Shown here: positions 12,829 to 26,691 of the stretch, piece by piece
How positions within the stretch are numbered: the first letter of the stretch is position 1
Layout: each line of letters starts with the position of its first letter
NCBI RefSeq assembly: GCF_000497125.1
Contig: NC_090603.1
Span: 310,001-374,000, forward strand
From: Spironucleus salmonicida
Lineage: Eukaryota
Direction: 5' to 3'
Length of the DNA: 64,000 bases
Notes under the pieces: generated by a model
What the model was told of the DNA's origin: nothing
What the model saw: only the letters and a program-made list of their open reading frames with translations
Database searches by the model: none
Made by a program: the position numbers and the translations under genes

Positions 12829-14334
12829 TCACTCCCAGCTGCTCACGAAATAGGTGTGCAAAACGTCGTGCACGCTGTCGCCCATTTCGGCATACACAGC
12901 CTGCACGCCCTCGTTCTCGCAGCAGCTCTTCCACGCCTGCTAGCTGTCCTTCAGCTCCAACCCCTCCTTTCGCTTCTCGACCAGCTCCTTTTTCAGCTGC
13001 TTTGGCTGGCCGCCCCCGCCAATGCAGCCTCCTGGGCACACCATGACCTCCACGGCGTCGCACGGGACCTCCTGCGCGAGCCCCACGACCTTGTGCGCAG
13101 CGAGGCCGCCCTGCGCCACAAGCACTCTGTAGGTCTGGTCGGCAGTGAAGGAAATGAGGCTAATTCGGCTTTTAGAGGGAATATCCTCAAAAACGACCTC
13201 TGAGGTGATTTCTGAGGGCGCGGTGTTCGTCGTGTGGAAAATGTACCTCGCGACAGCCTCTGTGACGCCTGCAGACTTCCCGTAAATGTACGCAGAGCCG
13301 GAAAATCGGTTGTACGGGGCCGAATACTGCGCGGATTCGTCATTTTCGAGCTCGGCCTCCCGCGCGACGCTGAACTTTTGGCCCTTGAAAAGCGTCATCA
13401 TTTCGCGCGTAGTGAGCGACAAATCGCAGTCCTGGACGCCGTCGGTCGCCAGCTGCGGCCTCGCCGCCTCGAATTTCTTCGCTGTGCAGGGCATGAAACC
13501 GGCCACGAACAGCTCTCCGGGCCGCTTCCCGAGCGACTTCGCAAACTGCTTCTTGATGACGCTGCAGATCATCCCATGAGGGCTCCTGGCGGTCGAAAGG
13601 CGCGGAATCAGCTCCGGGTACTGCCGCTCCACGAGGTTCACCCAGGCCGGGCAGCAGCTCGTGAAACAGGGCCCGGTGCCGGCTGCCTTGTGCTTCAGGA
13701 TCTCCTGCGCGTCCTCGCGAGTGGTCATGTCCGCTCCGAACATGTTGTCGAAGACGTAGTCGAAACCGAGGTTTTTGAGCGCCTGGACCATCTGCCGTTC
13801 GGCCGAGGAGCCCACGGGCATCCCCATTCCTTCAGCGATTCCTACGCGTGTGGAAGGGGCGATAACGGCGATTTTGACAATTTCCGCGCACTGGAGCTTC
13901 TCGGACAGCTCCTGGACGTTGTCGCGCGGCTGCAGGGCACCTGTGGGGCAGATTTGCACGCACGCGCCGCAGCCCACGCAATCAGTGCATTCGAGTGTAA
14001 AGCGTGTTTCATCCTTCAGGACGTCGCCCCTGGAGTTGACGAAGGGATACACCTTCACAGACGATTTTTGGAAGATGTTGAAATTTTGGTGATCTGAGCA
14101 GGTTTTCGCGCACATTTAGCAGCCCACACACTTAGCGTAGTTGAGCTGTATGGCGGTGTTCTGGTCAAGCGGCTTGTCAGCAGTATCGATTGAGCTCTGT
14201 GGTGTGAGCACGTAGGAGGAAATTTAGTCGGCATGCTGTACATGCTTTAATTCTGGTTCTGGGATCTTTTCGGGTTCGGGTTCTGGGAAGTTGATGAGTT
14301 GGCCCTGTACTACCTGCCAGCGGAGGTTTTTCAT
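12829..14334 (-). CDS. hydA: [FeFe]-hydrogenase with two [4Fe-4S] ferredoxin-type motifs, 501 aa
   Basis: H-cluster motifs TSCCPAW, MPCTAKKFE and EVMVCPGGCIGGGGQP. Ferredoxin motifs CVGCQMCAKTC and CVGCGACVQICP. Confidence 0.95.
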
Positions 14335-14516
14335 TTTTGCGGAAATGAAGTAAATATTATTATATTCTGATATAATTTTTGCTATTTCTGCAAAAACAAT
14401 GTCAGTGCAAGTTACTGTGATTATTTGGGTTTGGTGAGAGGTTAAAATGATAGACTTAACTAAATAAATAGTAGAAAATGCATTAATTTACGTTTACATA
14501 ATTGTAATTTAATCTA

Positions 14517-15161
14517 TCACTTAGTTTCAAGTAAAATTGGATCTCCATTACACTCTTCTATAATGCCTTCTTCATCTTAGTTTTATTTTCTGTTTCTCCA
14601 GATAATATAAATTATTAGCAGTATAAGAAGCAATAAGAATAACAACGACCCTATCACAATTCCAGTGATTTCCCCACCTGATATGATAGAGTTTGCCTCA
14701 TCCTTTTGTCCAGGAACGAATGGATCGTTTGGATCCTGATTAAGATCAGGAAGGTTAGTACTTAACGTACAAAGTGATCCAATCTGCGTATAATTTGCAT
14801 CACAAATTAAACATTTTTAATCAGTATCTTTTATATATCCTTTAAGACATGTACCACAGTCATTGCTTAAATTATCACAAGTTTCACAATTTAAGCCACC
14901 ACCACAATTACAAGGAGTGGTAATATTTAATTAGCATGCCGTTGCGGCACCGTCTTTGCAATGAAAACCTTTTTCTAATGCAGAATCGCATTAATTAGTA
15001 CACGTACCATTAGTATTTAATATTTTTCCAACAGGACAACTGACACAGAAAGTCGCAGACGCACATACTGTGCATCCATCCTAACATGGGGTACACATCT
15101 TTTTACCAGTATCACAGTATTGTCCTTCCTTACAGTGCGAGTTGACTCGGCACTCTGTCAT
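14517..15161 (-). CDS. Cysteine-rich membrane protein, 214 aa
   Basis: MTECRVNSHC..., CxxC repeats, SGGEITGIVIGSLLFLLLLILLIILII transmembrane segment, WRNRK and an acidic tail. Ends AAG-TGA. Confidence 0.9.
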
Positions 15162-17307
15162 TATATAAAATATAATCGTAACTGTATTAATGTAAACCAA
15201 ATTTATGCACAGAATTAGTTTTATTAGTTTTTCTATTTTACATAATAATATTTAGTGCTGAAATAAAGTGAATAAAAGTTATAGTTGATTGATTTAAAAT
15301 TTTGCTTAGTTTATGTGGTTCATCTTATTATAGATATTAATTATTATTTGATTTTCCAAATTTAGTTTAAGATATTATCCATTTTAATTGATAATTATTA
15401 TAAAATATAAGTTAGTTTATAAATAATTTAGTTTAATATTAATTTCATAATAAAATTGATTACTATTCAATTATTACCACAAATTAATTTATTTCTTGAA
15501 CGAATTAAGTAGCTGTTATTATCAAGAGAGATTAATTTTTGATTATATATACAAGTTAAAAGTAACCTTATAATATAAAATTAAGATAAATATAGTCAGT
15601 AAGATGATATGGCAGAATTGTAGTTGATAAATATTTTTTAATTATTACGCATTTGCTAATAAAAATTGTGTTATTTTCTGAATATTTATTAAATAATATT
15701 GATTGATAATTATATTGGTTTTCCAATAGAAATTAATCTTACTTCAACTCTAAAAGCAAAGTTATCATATTAAAAATTATTAATAGAAAACACAACACCA
15801 CATTATATAATAAGAGACTAGTAATTATACGGTTATATGAACACTTATATTTATTGTTAGTATTATGCTTTTGCTGAACATGATGGCTTATTTACTGGTA
15901 ATTTCATTTGGTACTTAAATTTTATCATAATCCGTATAAAAAAATATACTATTAATTAAAAGTTAGAATCTATAAAGATAAAATATACGTTAGATAACTA
16001 TTTATACAATTAAATATTGTTTGTCTAAAACTGTATATATTATCACACAACATACTATTTAAAGATGAGTGATACTATATAATATTATTGAAAATTAAGT
16101 ATTTAACAAGTTACATCAAAATAGATGAATCTTTAGTGTAAATAAGTAATAAGAACTAACAATTTCAATATATAATTTTCTTCTCGTCATTTTGGATGTT
16201 GTATTTAAGTATCGATAATAATATACATTACAATCTAAGAAAATGATAGTTATTATAGGTTCGTAGATAAACCTTTGAAAATGCTTATGATGCTAGCTCT
16301 TCCAGATCTAGTAGTATTTAATACCACATATAGCTTTGATACAACTAATTTTGACTAAGTATTTATCCTATCTGACAAATGTAACTTTCTATTTCCAGCT
16401 AACAAAGAAAAAATAAAAACATGCACCCTAGATAATATTCTACACACTGCCAAATAATTGGGATTATAAAACCTTAAATGGGTAGTGTATACAGAGGAAA
16501 ATTTATTACGCAGACAACTTATTCACTAAAGTTTTAACGATCTTTCTAGCATTTTCAGTACAAAAATTAAATAATATTAGTGAATTATTGTAGAATCACT
16601 AACATAAATGCCTTATTTTCGCAATAATATCATCATTTGAAAATAGTATAACTGGTGCAATACTCATAACCCCCATCACTGAAGATACTTTTTCACAAAA
16701 CTATTAGATTTATTAGTATGAGTCACTTACTTTTTAAAAAATAAACTTTGGTGTGCCTGTTATCGAAATTCTTTGAAGAAATGATTCCCTTTATTCCTTT
16801 TTAAGTTCTAATTTGTAAAACTGAGAATATATTTTTGTAAAAAGTTGATCAAAAAATCTTATTGTCATATGTGGAATATTATTATTAAAGACAGTAAATA
16901 TGTAATAAATTTTTTTCTGCGATTAGTACTGTGTTTTAGATTTATTTAACATTTTAATTTAATAAAATATTATTATCTGCAATAAATTACGATATATCAA
17001 CAAAATCAATACTATCTACACTTTTAAAATGAAGTAGAAGTTCTTGATATCGTTGTGAAAGAAACGGCTCAGGATATAAAGATATTACTACCGATCTCAT
17101 TTTTATTTTATTTATATAATATTTTAACATTATATTATTTATTATTAGAACAAGATTTTAAGTTATTCATATTGAGAAGTAATATATCTTTATATAATTT
17201 CTTATAATTAGTACTAATTCTTACAAAATATGTTTTTCAGCTCATAATATTTTAATAGTTATTATATAAAATATTTACATTTATTAACCGCTCCATTTTG
17301 ATACATC

Positions 17308-18357
17308 ATGTCATCAACAGTGACTAACCCTACTGTCTTAGATTTTTTTAAGCAATTTACTGCCTATCATATTATGCCAACATCAGCTAGAACACTTGCA
17401 ATTGACTCGGATACTACTCTTTATAAAGCCTTTCGTATAATGAATGATAATTTGGTATCCTCATCTTTTGTATGGGACAGATCTTCTGAGCTATACACAG
17501 GAGTATTAACATCGACGGATATCATGAAAGCTTGTATCACATTTTATCATGCATTCTAATCTTCTGAATCTAAAAATGATATTACTAAGTTTGGGCTGGG
17601 AGATAACCCATCATTGGCTGAAATTCTCTCGCACGTCTCGATTTCTTCTGTTAAAACTAAGTAATAATTATGTTATGCATAGACTACAACTACACTTTTA
17701 GCCTCTATTAATCAAATGATGGAGAATAACGTACATAGACTCCCAATAATTGATAATGATGGTTCAATTATAGCAACTTTAACTTATCGCTCAATTTGTA
17801 GATTTTTAGTTTCTAAATTCAGATTTGAGTCGAATATTCTTTCTAAACCTATTATTGAAACTCGGGCGGTTTCTCGCTTAATTATAACAATACCCTCCAG
17901 CTATACTGTATTAGAAGCGACTTAAGTGTTAGTTAAACATTCATTATCCGTTGTTCCTGTCCTTAATGAAAATAATGAAATTTTAGACGTTTTCTCTAAA
18001 TATGATTTCTCCAATATGGCTACAACAGCATTAAACATGCAGACGAAAATCACTGAAATTATAGCCTCTAGACCGCCGTAAATGGAGGGTTTAGTCACAG
18101 CAAGTACCTCCAGCACAGTAGGGAGTATATTGCGTATGATTGCGGATAAAAATTTACATAGAGTGATCTTAGTAGATGATGAATAACCTGGTATCCCAGT
18201 GGCCGTTGTTTCGCTCAGGCACGTATTGAAGTTCCTGTGTGTAACTGACGTTTATGCCGAAACTGAAACTAGGAGCAGAGCCGGAAGCTTGGAGCACGAA
18301 ATTCAGTTAGAAGACGACTCGAATGAACACTGGCACGTGTTTAGTGGTTAGTAGTGA
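17308..18357 (+). CDS. SNF4: AMP-activated protein kinase gamma subunit (CBS-domain protein), 349 aa
   Basis: CBS motifs VWDRSSELYTGVLTSTD, NVHRLPIID, SVVPVLNE..LDVFSKYD and LHRVILVD. Confidence 0.88.
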
Positions 18358-20844
18358 TGTTAATTTCTCAAAGTTTATTGGCATTAATATCGATATTGCT
18401 TTGCAGTATAGATGTCAAATATGTTTTTCATTATAAATATTTCTGCCTCTTTACCAATCCCTTAAGTATAAATTACCAAAATCAAATTTGCTACCTTCCA
18501 GCACACACAATTTATAGCATTTTTAACATAAGTAACGTAAACTCATTTCAGTCACGTTAATTATCAATCATTGCAATATTCTCTCGCTAAAGCATATTAA
18601 CTTCATCAAATCTTAGATAACCTATTCCCACTTGGTTTTAAATTTATTTAACCAAAATTACTATTACTCACCCCTTTAACCATAAAATAATTTTTTTGTA
18701 TTATTATGATATTTGAGATTTACATTTGTAAAAGGTTATTCAGATAAGCATAAATATAAGTGTTTCATAAAACTTTAGCCTAAACTAGCTTTAAACTTCT
18801 AAATACTAATAATTATTAGGTAAATATACTCACTAAAAATCATATTTAACTTTATAGACTGTTCTCATCTTCACTGAATATTTAGTTAATAAATTCTTAA
18901 AATTCTTCCTTATAATCTTTTTGACTCCAGTCAGATAGGTCTAATTATACTGAATCCGATGCAAAACTATGATATATATTTTTTAATGGAGATAATGAAA
19001 TATTAGTAATTGGAGTAGCAAAAGCCTTTGATTTAGGTAATATTTAGGAATAGTTTTGTTTTTTCTATGTTTTTTTCTCAATCTTTTTCATTTGAGGAAG
19101 GGAATCCAGTATTGATATATTATGCAGTACTTAGTATTCTATTTTTATCTAAATAAAACCCTAAACATATTTATATATGTGTATATACAGACTATGATTA
19201 CTAGTTATATTAAACTGTATTATTAAAATGTAATACTAATAATTGGAATAGTTCCATATAAATATCTAGTGAGTTCTATAAAAAAGTAAACAAACTTAAA
19301 ATTTATATCAGCACATCTTATGATTAATTGATCAGTATACTTTTTTAAAGCGACAAATCAAGTCCTTTAATTACGAGTAATAGCTTTTATAAATGTACAA
19401 TTCTGAGATAGAATAGTTATCATCAATAATATTATTGAATTTTGTCATAAGTAAGGTTCATCTAATCATGCATTCCAAATTTATAGCTTAATTGCTGCTG
19501 AAAGTGGTCATACTACGTTTTGAAACACAGTTTGCATCATCAAGACAATAAATTTTGTATTTAACTCAGGTAGTTAATCTGGCATGTTGTATAAAAACTT
19601 CATTATAGAAAATTTCACATTTTTGTATTTAAAAATTAATAAAATTAGTATACAGATAAATTTAAAGCGTAAGTAAAGTCATATTGATTATTAGCTCACT
19701 GAAAATAGTCTTTTAAATTATTAAATCATTATTGATAGGTTTTAGAAAAATTTAATGCTAATCTTATTTTATTAGTGAATGCTCTAAGCCTTTCGCAGTA
19801 CTAAGTGGTTTATATTAAGCTAAGATACAATTTAAGAGAATATAAAGTCTATTATACTTTAGGATCTAAAGTTATAATTACTCTGTTGACAATTTAGCTG
19901 CTGCTATCATTTTATCATATAATAACTGTTAAATAACATTAGACTTGCCTATAAGTTACTGAATCACACAGATAATTACATTATCTAGTGTTTATTTTTA
20001 TAAGCTTCTGCTTATTCTGCTAAAAATATAGTATTTATTACAAATTAAATTCTATCATTTTTTAAGTAATTAATATTAAAAAACTAGATTAATCTGATAT
20101 AAATTATAAGTATAATAGTACTTTTGGTTATGACTTTAATTAATTTGTACAAAATTTATATCTGATGCATTAAAATTCCCAGTATTTATTACAATATGTT
20201 CATTCAGATTTTACTTTTCCATTATTAGGCTCTGCTTAACTTAGATATAAAACCTTATAAATAAAAGGTGATAAGTGTAAAGTATAAACTATTTATGGAA
20301 TACTGGAATATATGATAAAATTTTTATTATTGATTGTAGTATAATTATGCTCAAAGTGTGTTCAATTGTAATTTTGTATAAATTTTATTGAGGTAACCAG
20401 TATCAGTTTATGAAGATGGCATTTTATTATTTTGATATCAGTTATTTTTGTTTTTATATTAAAAGTATATAGCGGTAATTTCTATAAGTTGTAATTTCCT
20501 AAAATACTTCATATATTTAGTATTAGGATAATTTTATAATTTTGAGTACATATAATTTTTATTAACTTATATTATCTATTTTTATACGAAATTCAAAGTT
20601 TGAAATATATTAATCTATAATAGAATAAAACAAATATTATTTATTTCTCATTTCACTAATATTAATAACTTATTTTAGCTATAATTGTGGTAGATTTGCA
20701 TATGTATAATAAATAAAGTAATTTTGAATTTCTATAAAATATTTTAAGTATATAAATTGCTATATTTTTCTGATATTAATATATTTAATTAGTCATCGCC
20801 AATATAAAGTGGGAAATGATAAAAATAGTAAAGTCAATATACAA

Positions 20845-22563
20845 ATGTAACCGTTTTCCGATCGAAATTTATTGGGAAAAGTTAAGGTAATAAATACAAA
20901 AGGATTATAATTTCATAAATTTGAATATAAAAACCATAGATATCCGTTTGGAATCTTATTATATTGTATAAAGTATGTGATTTATTTCCATTGTTCTTAA
21001 ATGAACATATAATCTAAAGTGCAAAAAGTACTAATTCCTGATTCTGTAGATCCTAAAAATTTAATATAATAGTTAGAAAAACTTTAAAGTATTTCAGTAG
21101 TACTATCTTTTAGTTTTAATATAGATTAAAATCATGTTACCATAGTCAATAATTTTTACGACTAGACGCTTCTAGATTATAAAGAATAAAATTAAATATT
21201 TGTTCTATTAGAAGCTATACTAATATTTATCAAATGCACACTGGCGGGATATCAAATAGCTTAAGCTGGACTATTTTTTGGAGGATATGATCTAGATGAC
21301 TTTATTATTAGATAAGAAAATGAAAAAATTTAAATCCAAATTAAGATTAATATAGAAAGAATGATAAAAGTGCTATCTAGAAATAAAATTTATACACATT
21401 GGGATCCTCCTGAACTGTTATTAGGATTTATTACAGAGAAAGCAGATTTTTGGTCATTAGCAAGTATATTTAGTAGATTACTAGCCACAGATTATAAATT
21501 ACAAGACTTAAAAACTTAGAAAATGACTCAAATATAATTTCTTTAATCATTATCTATATAGAATGTATTGATTGTAAATACTATGCTAAAGGCCTTTGAA
21601 CCCAATCCAAATTTAAGGTTAGGTTATAAAGAGTTCTTAGAAATCAATGAAAAACATATGACACCAATGATAAAATTCTTCAACAATCTTCCAAGTTCGC
21701 ATAGTTCAAGTATGGAAGAATATTTTGAAGAAAGAGGTTTCAATAACTACTAATTGATAGGGAAAGGATCTTATGGTACAATATATAAAATAGTAGATAA
21801 AAATGGACGAGTTTATGTAGTTAAGGGTATTTTGGTAAAAAATTAAAACTAAATGAATATTGCATATTCAGAGGTTTTTTGTTTGTTTGGGTTTGCAGCA
21901 ACATTAAACATAATAACGATTCAAGATGTGTAAAAACTTTAAATTGGTGATTTGACATATGTAATTCTAAGGTAAGATCATGCATACTATGGTGATTTTA
22001 GATAATTTATGAAACATTTTTAGTCTTAACTAAGTCCAAATTAGGTGTTACGATTTTTTTATAGCATATCAAAGGCGTTGTACAATTTAAAAGTGAAAGG
22101 GATCGTCCATAGAGATGTAAAACCAGATAATATATTAGTTAATGCTGATTTTAGGGCCTTACTAGGAGACTTTGGTAGTAATGAAATTGTTATCAATGGT
22201 ACAGTGTCCTAGAAATTTGTAGGCACTATAGGATATATTGCTCCGGAAGTAATAAACAGCGGCAAAATATCGTTCCCTATTGATGTTTGGGCTATGGGCA
22301 TAATGTTAAGAGAATATGTGAAAGACTGTCCAATAATAAATGAATGTCTAATTGAAGACCCTTAAAAGCGAATAACTATCGAGCGGCTAACATACTATCT
22401 CAGTCGCTACCAAAACGTAGAAATTGATGTAGACGACACAGAAGCGCGTGAACAGATTGAAAGTGGAACATCATCAGAAGTAAATTCTAATACACTGCAA
22501 AACAGCTACATTGATATTCAGTCTGGATTTAGCTTTTGTAATATAGCAAGCCTAAAATGGTGA
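20845..22563 (+). CDS. Ser/Thr protein kinase with an N-terminal degenerate kinase domain (start may be 21001)
   Basis: C-terminal domain has GKGSYG, VVK, HRDVKPDNIL, DFG, GTIGYIAPE and DVWAMG. N-terminal domain keeps only HWDPPE, DFWSL and PNLR. Confidence 0.88.
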
Positions 22564-22713
22564 TAAGCAGTAATTGATTCATTTTAGTTTTAAATTCTAT
22601 ATTATAATCTATAATAATAAATTAACTATTCGAGTTTATCAAAATATATTCTCAACTAATTCACATAATAATGAATTTTATTTGGATTGAAAACCATTCC
22701 CAAATTTTAAAGA

Positions 22714-25593
22714 ATGAAGTCTTTCTCATTTTCATCGGAAACCCTCTCGCATTTATGCCAGCCAGTCTACGTTTCGTCAAACACACTAATTGCGATATCA
22801 GCCAAGGACAATTGCCTGTACGAGCTTACGATTCAGCCGTTCTAGTCGCAGCCCCCCGTTCCGATCAAAATTTCGGCTCCGTTCGCCTCAGAGATCTTGT
22901 CAGTCGCCGCCCTGCCACCAGGCTGCGCTTCCGGCCCGTCTTCAGCCGCGCAAACGCCGTCTTCTCAGCCGAACAGCAAATCGCCATTTTAGCTCAGCAA
23001 AACGTCTAATTCGGGCGATTTCGGCAGCACAATCATCGCCTTAGGCGACCAGAACTCTACAATAACATTCCTGTACTGCGACATCACGCAATCGCAGTCA
23101 GCGCAGAAAATTCAAATTCGACGCCAAAAAGAGTTCAATTTGAAATCGCACATCACAATCGCCGAAGATACAGCCCCAATAACCTCTCTGCACCTCGTTC
23201 AGCCGCGTGGAAACGCGCTAATTTGCGGCACGGAAACCGGCCATTTGGCGCTCTTTACGCTCACGTCCGGAGCCTTCTAATTCAAGCAGCAGCTCAGATC
23301 CGACGTGCAGGCCCCAATTCACGCGATCGTGTCGCTGGAGAAGCAGCGCGTCGCATTTTCGTTCAAAAACAGCCTCCAAATCGTCCATTTGGCGCGTCCG
23401 AATTCGGTCGAATTTCAGTACAAATCGCCCGAAAATTCGTCCATTTCGTCGCTGGCCTTCAACGGTCAAAATCTCGCGATTTGCGCCGAGCACTGCGGAA
23501 TCGTTTTTCTGGACGAGCAAAATGTTGAAATTTCGGCGTTTCCGGCTCCCCAAAATGACGCTTTTGTCGACATTTCAGTGAGCCAAATCGGCCAGGAATT
23601 CGTCGCTTCGACTCGTAGGGGCGAGATTTTCGTTTTCAAGAAAAACGGCATTTTGAGGTCAATTTTGAGCGATAACGAGGGCGGCAGAATCGGTGGAATC
23701 GATTCTGTGGCCTGTACGAGCCAGGGAGGCCAATTCGTCGCTATGGGCCATTCTGGCGTTCTTGTTGGCTATATATCGCCCTAGCGCGTCAATTTGGGTC
23801 ATATCGTGTGCGAAGTGCAAAATCTGAAGAAGCTGAAATTCACAGATAACGTCTGCATGATTTCTGACGTTTACACGGCTCCAGAACCGGTTTTGGGGCT
23901 CTTTTCGACCAAAAATACCACTAATACGTCAATTTTGGCGGTCACGAATTCCTCAATTCTGCTTTTTAACGTTCCGAGCGTCAAAAAATCGCTGGAATTG
24001 AGAAGCAACGAGACCTCTGCGACTTTGCGCACGTAGTGGATTTCTGAGCCGATCAGAACGCAGTCAATTTCTGAAAATCAGCCCCAAACGGCTGTAAAAC
24101 CCCAAGAACAGGAGAATTCGCACGTCGTCGGAGGCGTCGTTTTCAACTCCTTCAACTTCCAAGACGCCAAATAAGACGTCAATTAGGACCAAATTCAATA
24201 CAACAAATAAGCGATTTTCTTGCGTCACAACATCGTTTTTTCTGTCATTTCTCAGAATTACATTCTCCTTCAGGATATATCTGGTGAATGTCAGATTTGC
24301 AGCAAGCAGAATTTGGCGCTCATTTACACGCTTTACAACGGAAACTGCACTCCTAATCAGCTCTGTCTGACCGACGATTTTCTCGTTTTTGCGGAAGGGA
24401 ATTCGCTCCGAATCACCGAAACGAAAAGCGGAAATTACTACATAAAACAGCTCACGCACCAGCGAAAAGTCATAAATTTGGGCCTCAGCAGCCAAACGAG
24501 CTAAAACGTGCAGCAGACAAATCAGAATTTCAATTTTATTGATAATTTGGTCAACGTGGGAATCGCGCAGCAGGAGCAGCCACAGACCCAGAAACTCGCG
24601 CAGTTGCCTCTTCTCGCGTTCATTGACTCGAATTTCGCAGTTTTCACTCACTAACTTTAAGCGCAAAATTACTACACAAAAACGTCCTCCACGCAGTCGT
24701 ATTTCACACAACTTCCGCTCCCTTCCAAGGCCTTTTCGCTCCTTTTCCCACCAAATTCGCAAATTTTGACGCTCGTAATTCAAGATTCTGCGCAGATTCC
24801 GCCAGCGAATTCCTATTTGGGCCAAGACACACCTGATATAACGCAGAAACTGAGAATTTGCACAATAAGTCATTTCAATACTGATTTTTCACTCCCAATA
24901 CCGATTTTCTACGGCTAAACCGGAATCAACATAAACCAACTTTTGCGCCACGTGAGCAACATAAACTACGACGAAGACATCGAAAATAACAACACAATTT
25001 AGTTCAAATTGCTCCAAAGAAACGTCGATTTCGAGCTCATTTACGTCCAAAAAACGCTCCAAAAAGACGAAAAACTCTCAAATTTCACGATGGCCACAAA
25101 CTGTGTCGTTTCGCTCTTTTCGTCGCTAAATCTCGTCCTGAATCTGCCCGAATTCGCGTTCATTTTGGAGGAAAATAGAGCGAATTTGGCCGTTTGCATG
25201 CGACTTTGCAGGTACTTGAACGTCAAATAACTTTGGAGCCAACTGATATAATACGCAACAAAAGCTTCGAATTTCGAGGTTTTGCAGCAGGCGCTGGCGG
25301 CGATCGGGCAGGTCCCGAAGGCGATTTTCAGCGAAAACGGCGACGTGGAGGCGCTTTTGCGCGATAACAAAACGATGAAAGCGGTGTCGATTTGCTGCGA
25401 TTTGTGGGATTTCGAGCGCGCGAGGGAAATCGTCGGAAAGGACAGGCGCTGCGGGCCGCTTTTGGTGTTTTTGAGGAGGAAACTGCACCAGGAGCTCGGC
25501 AGCATCGCTGACGAGAAAACCGAGCCCTGGAGCGGGCTCGTGAGGGAGTTCGGCGAGAAGGCGAACGAGAGCTGCTTGTAGGGGGCTGAGTGA
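22714..25593 (+). CDS. WD40/beta-propeller-like protein with helical C-terminus, 959 aa
   Basis: Continuous code-6 frame. Beta-strand-rich units such as ITSLHL..NALICGTETGHLALF and ISSLAFNGQNLAIC. Ends GAG-TGA. Confidence 0.75.
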
Positions 25594-25646
25594 GGGGAGA
25601 GTTTTTGATTAAAAAATTTTTGAGGGAGTGGAAAGTTGAAATTGAA

Positions 25647-25748
25647 TGAGAATTGAGAAATGAGAAATGAGAATTGAGAATTGAGAATTGAGAATTAAGT
25701 GTAAGAGTAAGTGTAAAAGTAAGAGTAAGAGTAAGTGTAAGTGTAAGA
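25647..25748 (+). repeat. Short GAGAA(T/A)T and GTAAG(A/T) tandem repeats
   Basis: Visible 7-mer and 6-mer tandem units directly upstream of the GATATT array. Confidence 0.85.
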
Positions 25749-25750
25749 TT

Positions 25751-26098
25751 GATATTGATATTGATATTGATATTGATATTGATATTGATATTGATATTGA
25801 TATTGATATTGATATTGATATTGATATTGATATTGATATTGATATTGATATTGATATTGATATTGATATTGATATTGATATTGATATTGATATTGATATT
25901 GATATTGATATTGATATTGATATTGATATTGATATTGATATTGATATTGATATTGATATTGATATTGATATTGATATTGATATTGATATTGATATTGATA
26001 TTGATATTGATATTGATATTGATATTGATATTGATATTGATATTGATATTGATATTGATATTGATATTGATATTGATATTGATATTGATATTGATATT
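25751..26098 (+). repeat. Perfect (GATATT)n hexamer microsatellite, ~58 copies
   Basis: Directly visible, followed by degenerate GATATA/GATTAT units to ~26172. Confidence 0.98.
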
Positions 26099-26691
26099 GA
26101 GATATGAGATTGAGATAGATATAGATATAGATATTGATATTGATATTATGATTGAGATTATGATTATGATTATTGGGGGAGGTGGAAATAAGAGTTTTAG
26201 CGTTTTTGAAGAAGGAGTGAAAAGTCGAATTGTAATCTGAATTATGGTATTTAGTGCTAAATTCGCATTATCGTGTTAGTTTTGGGTGTGGTTAGAAAAT
26301 TGGGGGTTCCGCGGGAGTAGTGGATCCAATACTGGGCCAGTGTAATTTTCAAGTATGCGGGAGCTGGTTTTGTATCTGGAGCTGCCAAACGGGGAATAAA
26401 TTGCCCTATATGATATAAGAAAGTTGTACGTAGTAAAGTAATAATAATGATAGGATAGCCGCTTATTGATTAATACGTTTCATATGGAGTTTTACGCGAT
26501 GACCTTCGGTAAAATATTGAAAATTATATGTTTTGTAGTATCTAATTTGATATTTTCACTATACCAGCTTCCCAAACAATATAATACTGCGCGAAACATA
26601 TTCCTTTAGTTAAATTTATAATATTAAATTTTTCCATTACATATATTATTATATACTATATAAATATATTACTACATTCTTTCCTTTTTTA

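Noticed and set aside
13234-14097. Long antisense or alternative-frame ORFs (also 32122-32712, 42105-42737, 46773-47390, 50367-51467)
   Set aside because: They are shadow ORFs caused by high GC3 in the real genes and have no recognisable motifs.
15600-16870. Genes in AT-rich tracts (also 18400-20300, 33400-34400, 56000-57050)
   Set aside because: TGA-free stretches occur easily in code 6. The frames I tried were broken or unrecognisable, so I did not call them, though real genes may be present.
25751-26098. Telomere or CRISPR array
   Set aside because: The unit has no G-run, the tract is interstitial, and there are no spacers or cas genes.
25688-26240. Poly-ID and poly-IL ORFs in the track
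   Set aside because: They are translations of the GATATT microsatellite and start at non-ATG codons.
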